From an uncultured Eubacteriales bacterium (lineage in GTDB: Bacteria; Bacillota; Clostridia; TANB77; RGIG9151), in contig CAYZJZ010000008.1 of the NCBI GenBank assembly GCA_964478905.1, positions 1 to 18,308 of the forward strand: 18,308 nt of DNA. Direction: 5' to 3'. The stretch's first letter is position 1. The number at the start of each line of letters is the position of its first letter. The notes under the pieces were generated by a model. That model was not told the origin of the DNA. It was given only the letters and a program-made list of their open reading frames with translations, and searched no databases. Both the position numbers and the translations under genes were made by a program. Below are positions 14,862 to 18,308 of the stretch, piece after piece.

Positions 14862-16517
14862 TTATCTATTTCGCATCTCCTCAGCGTGTTTTATCGCAAC
14901 ATCAGACATATTTCCGCCACTTATGATTCTGGCAATTTCTCTTATAGTCTCGTCTTCATTTAGTTTTTTAACTGAAGTCTCCATTTTATCATTAACAAGT
15001 TTTTTACTAATAAAGAAATTACATTCTCCTTTAGCCGCAATGCTAGGTAAATGAGTAACACAAATAACTTGTTTGTTTTTCGCAATTTCAAGCATTTTCT
15101 CGCCAACTGCATTTCCGGCCTCTCCACTAATTCCCGTATCTATTTCATCAAATATCATTACCGGTATTATATCGGCATTTGCTAAAACATTCTTTAGCGA
15201 AAGCATAATCCTTGAAATTTCTCCCCCAGAAGCAGTCTTAGAAAGCTCTTTAACTTTCTCTCCCGGATTAGATGAAAATAATATTTCCACATCGTCCATA
15301 CCATTTTTTAAAAAGCTTCCACTAATAAACTCCACTTTTATTTCAAATCGAGCCTTCGGCATTTCAAGTTGAGCCAGTATATCTGCTAATCGTATCTCTA
15401 ATTCTTTAGCAACTTTTTGTCTAATTTCAGAAATCCTATGTGCTAAATCAGTCATATTCTTTTCAACATTTATAAGCTCATTGTTTAGATTATTTAGAAT
15501 ACTCTCAGAATTACATAATTCTTCATATTCTTTTTCTATTTTTTCATATGTCTCTAAAATCTCTTTTACACTATTTCCATATTTTTTCTTTAATCTCGAA
15601 ATTAAATCCATTCTTTCTTCAACATTATTCAGCTCATCTTCATCAATATAAACCTTATCTCTTTCAGCGCTTACATTATATCCTACTTCTTCAATTTGGT
15701 AATATGCTTCGTTTAGCGTCTCTTCTATTTTCTTATACTCATCTTTAATATCCGAAACATCCAAAATACGTTTTATAGCATGTTGAAGAATAGACAGTAT
15801 CCCGTTCTCGTCATTAATGGAAGAATTACAAAACTCTAACGAATCCATAACTTTTTTCGCATTAGCAAGTATTTTCCTTTTCTCAAAAAGTTCTTCATCT
15901 TCATTATCTTTTAACTGAGCCGATGATATTTCATCAATTTGGAATTTCAAAAATTCCATAGTTCTAGCCCTTTGTTCAGGATTTCCGCCCATTTTTTCTA
16001 TCTTATCTAAAGTTTCCTTGCGAATTTGATACAGCTTTTCATACTCATCCTTGTACTTCTTTAATTTATCATACGCAAAGTTATCTAACACTTCGATATG
16101 TTTTTTAGAGTTAAGTAATGACTGATTATCGTGTTGACCATGAATATCAACTAATAAACTTCCAACTTCACGAAGTTCATTTACTGTAACCATTTTGCCA
16201 TTAATTTTAGCCATACTCCTGCCATTTTGTAAAATTTCTCTATAAATTATTATTTCTTCTTCATCATAACCTAAAGTTTTAAATTCCTCTCTTAATTTAG
16301 GATTATCTATAAAAAATAATGCCTCAGCATACGCTTTAGCCTCTCCGGTTCGTATATTTTCACGATTTACCTTTCCACCCAAAATCATAGCAATTGCACC
16401 AATAATAAGAGTTTTCCCGGCACCCGTCTCCCCTGTCATAATATTAAAGCCTTTTTCAAAATCTATTTCCAAATCGCTAATTATCCCCAAATTAGATATA
16501 TGAATATGTGATAACAT
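14862..16517 (-). CDS. recN: DNA repair protein RecN (SMC-like ATPase)
   Basis: N-terminal MLSHIHISNLGIISDLEIDFEKGFNIMTGETGAGKTLII (Walker A), a long central coiled coil, and C-terminal SGGEISR signature followed by VMIFDEIDTGISG (Walker B). 551 aa. Confidence 0.95.
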   Translation of the reverse strand: MLSHIHISNLGIISDLEIDFEKGFNIMTGETGAGKTLIIGAIAMILGGKVNRENIRTGEAKAYAEALFFIDNPKLREEFKTLGYDEEEIIIYREILQNGRSMAKINGKMVTVNELREVGSLLVDIHGQHDNQSLLNSKKHIEVLDNFAYDKLKKYKDEYEKLYQIRKETLDKIEKMGGNPEQRARTMEFLKFQIDEISSAQLKDNEDEELFEKRKILANAKKVMDSLEFCNSSINDENGILSILQHAIKRILDVSDIKDEYKKIEETLNEAYYQIEEVGYNVSAERDKVYIDEDELNNVEERMDLISRLKKKYGNSVKEILETYEKIEKEYEELCNSESILNNLNNELINVEKNMTDLAHRISEIRQKVAKELEIRLADILAQLEMPKARFEIKVEFISGSFLKNGMDDVEILFSSNPGEKVKELSKTASGGEISRIMLSLKNVLANADIIPVMIFDEIDTGISGEAGNAVGEKMLEIAKNKQVICVTHLPSIAAKGECNFFISKKLVNDKMETSVKKLNEDETIREIARIISGGNMSDVAIKHAEEMRNR

Positions 16518-16526
16518 AAACTCCTC

Positions 16527-17285
16527 CTATAAATGAAACTTTTCACGTACAATATCAAAAAAGCATTTATCATTTAACTTTATAATCTTAGCTTTACAAT
16601 TAGGCTTTTTAATTTCAACCTTTCTCCCCTCAACCGCCACTTGACCATCCGCAGTAATCAAAAACTCATTACTCTCTCCTAAAATTTCTATTTTTGTATC
16701 CGCATCGGAAATAATCGGTCTTTGATGTAAAGAATGAGCACAAATCGGTGTAACGACAACTACATCAAGCTTAGGATCTACAATAGGTCCACCAGCAGAC
16801 AAAGAATATGCAGTCGAACCGGTAGGAGTCGCAATAATAAGCCCGTCAGACTTATAATTATCCACATGTTTCCCATTAAAAAACAAATTCAAATCAAGAG
16901 TCCTGGCTGAATTAATCCGGCTAATCACGATATCATTCAACGCCAGCATTTTTCTATCATTTACAGTCGCCTCAAGTAAAGCCCTCTCTTCAATTTTATA
17001 CTCTTTTTTTATCAATTTCGCAACAACATTTTTCACGTCTTCAATTCCGGCCTCCGTCAAAAAACCTAAATGCCCTAGATTAATTCCCAAAATCGGAGTA
17101 CCTAAAAAAGTCCTGTTAGCCGCTAAAAAAGTTCCATCTCCACCTAAAGAAATAATAACCTCATATTCTCGCTCCTTATCAGCAATTTCAGAATCAACAT
17201 TAAACTCCTTTGTAACCTCAATTATTTCCTTAGTAATCCTAAAAGAAGAAGTTTTTTCCGAATTAACAAAAATACCAAATCTCAT
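16527..17285 (-). CDS. nadK: NAD kinase
   Basis: GGDGTFL motif, NDIVISR, PTGSTAYSLSAGGPIV, 252 aa. Its stop lies 9 nt upstream of the recN start (a tight operon). Confidence 0.9.
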   Translation of the reverse strand: MRFGIFVNSEKTSSFRITKEIIEVTKEFNVDSEIADKEREYEVIISLGGDGTFLAANRTFLGTPILGINLGHLGFLTEAGIEDVKNVVAKLIKKEYKIEERALLEATVNDRKMLALNDIVISRINSARTLDLNLFFNGKHVDNYKSDGLIIATPTGSTAYSLSAGGPIVDPKLDVVVVTPICAHSLHQRPIISDADTKIEILGESNEFLITADGQVAVEGRKVEIKKPNCKAKIIKLNDKCFFDIVREKFHL

Positions 17286-17302
17286 AAAAATAATTTCCTT
17301 TC

Positions 17303-17347
17303 AAAAAAAATCCCTCCAACAAAACAACCATAAAGCATTGTTGGAGG
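17303..17347 (-). terminator. Strong rho-independent terminator downstream of prs
   Basis: Minus strand: CCTCCAACAA-15 nt loop-TTGTTGGAGG (perfect 10-bp stem) followed by GATTTTTTTT. The T-tract ends 17 nt upstream of the nadK ATG. Confidence 0.8.
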
Positions 17348-17369
17348 AACTATATTTTTAATTTAATTT

Positions 17370-18308
17370 CTAATAAAACATTTCTCCCATAGAATGACCT
17401 TCGTGAATTCTTTTAATAGCTTCGCCGAAAATAGGAGCAACAGTTAAAACTTTTATTTTATCCAATTGTTTTTCAGGCGGAAGCGGAATTGTATTTGTTA
17501 TTATAAATTCCTTTATAGACGAATTCTTTATTCTCTCAATCGCAGGTCCTGATAAAACTCCATGAGTACAAGCCGCATAAATCTCTTTTACATTATATTC
17601 TTCTAAGACATGTACTGCGTTCATAATAGAACTTCCACGATCAATTTCATCATCAAAAATCACACATCTTTTTCCGCTTACATCTCCGACTATGTTTTCT
17701 ATTAAAGTTTCTTGGCTATTACCTAATCTTCTCTTATCGAGCATAGCAATAGGTGCATTAAGACGAGTCGCATATTTATAGGCTTTTTTAGAACTTCCGG
17801 CATCAGTAGCAACAACAACTAAATCATCAAAATTCTTAGCCTTAAAATAATTTGCAAGCAAATCTGCAAAAACTAATTGATCCGCAGGTACATTAAAGAA
17901 ACCTAAAATCTGAGTAGCGTGTAAATCAGAAGTAAGAACTCTGTTAGCTCCCGCTGCTGCTAATAAATCCGCCACCAACTTAGAAGTAATCGCAATTCTA
18001 GGTTGATCTTTTTTATCAGAACGCGCATAAGGAAAATAAGGTAAAACCGCCGTAATCCTCTTAGCAGACGCTCTTTTTAAAGCATCAATAGTAATAAGTA
18101 ACTCCATAAAATTCTCATCAACAGGAGGCTTAGAAGTTTGAATTACGAAAACATCGTCCCCTCTTACAGTCTCTAAAATCTTCACAAACCGATTGTCATT
18201 ATCAAACTTAAACGATTCGCTCTCTCCTAAAGGTAGTCCAATAGAATCGCACACTTCCTTCGCAAATTCTTTACTAGCATTACAACCAAAAATTTTTAAT
18301 TGGTCCAT
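17370..18308 (-). CDS. prs: Ribose-phosphate pyrophosphokinase (PRPP synthetase), 312 aa; the start codon coincides with the window edge
   Basis: VRGDDVFVIQTS, MELLITIDALKRASAKRITAVLPYFPYARSDKK, DLHATQILGFFNVP and FDDEIDRGSS (PRPP-binding loop). The ATG at 18306-18308 gives a normal-length Prs, but the upstream context is outside the window. Confidence 0.9.
   Translation of the reverse strand: MDQLKIFGCNASKEFAKEVCDSIGLPLGESESFKFDNDNRFVKILETVRGDDVFVIQTSKPPVDENFMELLITIDALKRASAKRITAVLPYFPYARSDKKDQPRIAITSKLVADLLAAAGANRVLTSDLHATQILGFFNVPADQLVFADLLANYFKAKNFDDLVVVATDAGSSKKAYKYATRLNAPIAMLDKRRLGNSQETLIENIVGDVSGKRCVIFDDEIDRGSSIMNAVHVLEEYNVKEIYAACTHGVLSGPAIERIKNSSIKEFIITNTIPLPPEKQLDKIKVLTVAPIFGEAIKRIHEGHSMGEMFY

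Noticed and set aside
501-15748. All plus-strand ORFs in the track (501-731, 977-1159, 2864-3073, 5778-5978, 7416-7616, 8228-8461, 9792-9977, 10099-10311, 15073-15372, 15548-15748) and the nested minus-strand ORFs (658-840, 2857-3045, 4161-4376).
   Set aside because: Each lies entirely inside, and antisense or out of frame to, a long well-supported minus-strand gene. They have low-complexity F/I/L/S-rich translations typical of AT-rich antisense frames, and no SD sequences.
1-18308. Search for CRISPR arrays, tRNA/rRNA genes, IS elements or transposase genes, and long tandem or dispersed repeats.
   Set aside because: By eye I saw no repeat-spacer periodicity, no cloverleaf-like GC-rich segments, no transposase-like ORFs and no long repeats. 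Coding density leaves intergenic gaps of at most about 210 bp.

Overview
AT-rich, low-GC Firmicutes-type chromosomal segment (probably a Clostridia/Tissierellia-like anaerobe; this assignment is inference). Every credible gene lies on the minus strand, so transcription runs from high to low coordinates. In transcription order: prs, a strong terminator, nadK-recN, a roughly 5.9 kb accessory cassette (about 8989-14774), then a housekeeping run (100-aa ORFan, yraN-family, pdp, nrdR, beta-CASP MBL ribonuclease-like gene, VanY/VanXY-like M15 peptidase), a 108-aa ORFan with its own promoter and terminator, and dnaE. The cassette is the interesting part. It has a near-consensus promoter, two ORFans (188 and 186 aa), a full-length VirD4/TraG/PcfC-type type IV coupling protein (T4CP) whose Walker A reads GGAGSRKS instead of G-x4-GK[ST], and a 55-aa membrane protein missing from the ORF track. 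A strong intrinsic terminator follows, then a 561-aa acidic ORFan that overlaps an 84-aa acidic ORFan, and a 93-aa acidic ORFan behind a consensus promoter that carries palindromes. The window contains no VirB4, VirB6, cell-wall hydrolase, recognisable relaxase, integrase, tRNA or convincing att repeats. The T4CP is therefore orphaned inside an apparently well-expressed ORFan module. This could be a decayed ICE/IME, or a coupling-protein ATPase repurposed for an undescribed function. I saw no rRNA, tRNA, CRISPR array or IS element. All family assignments come from motif recognition by eye; no database search was possible.
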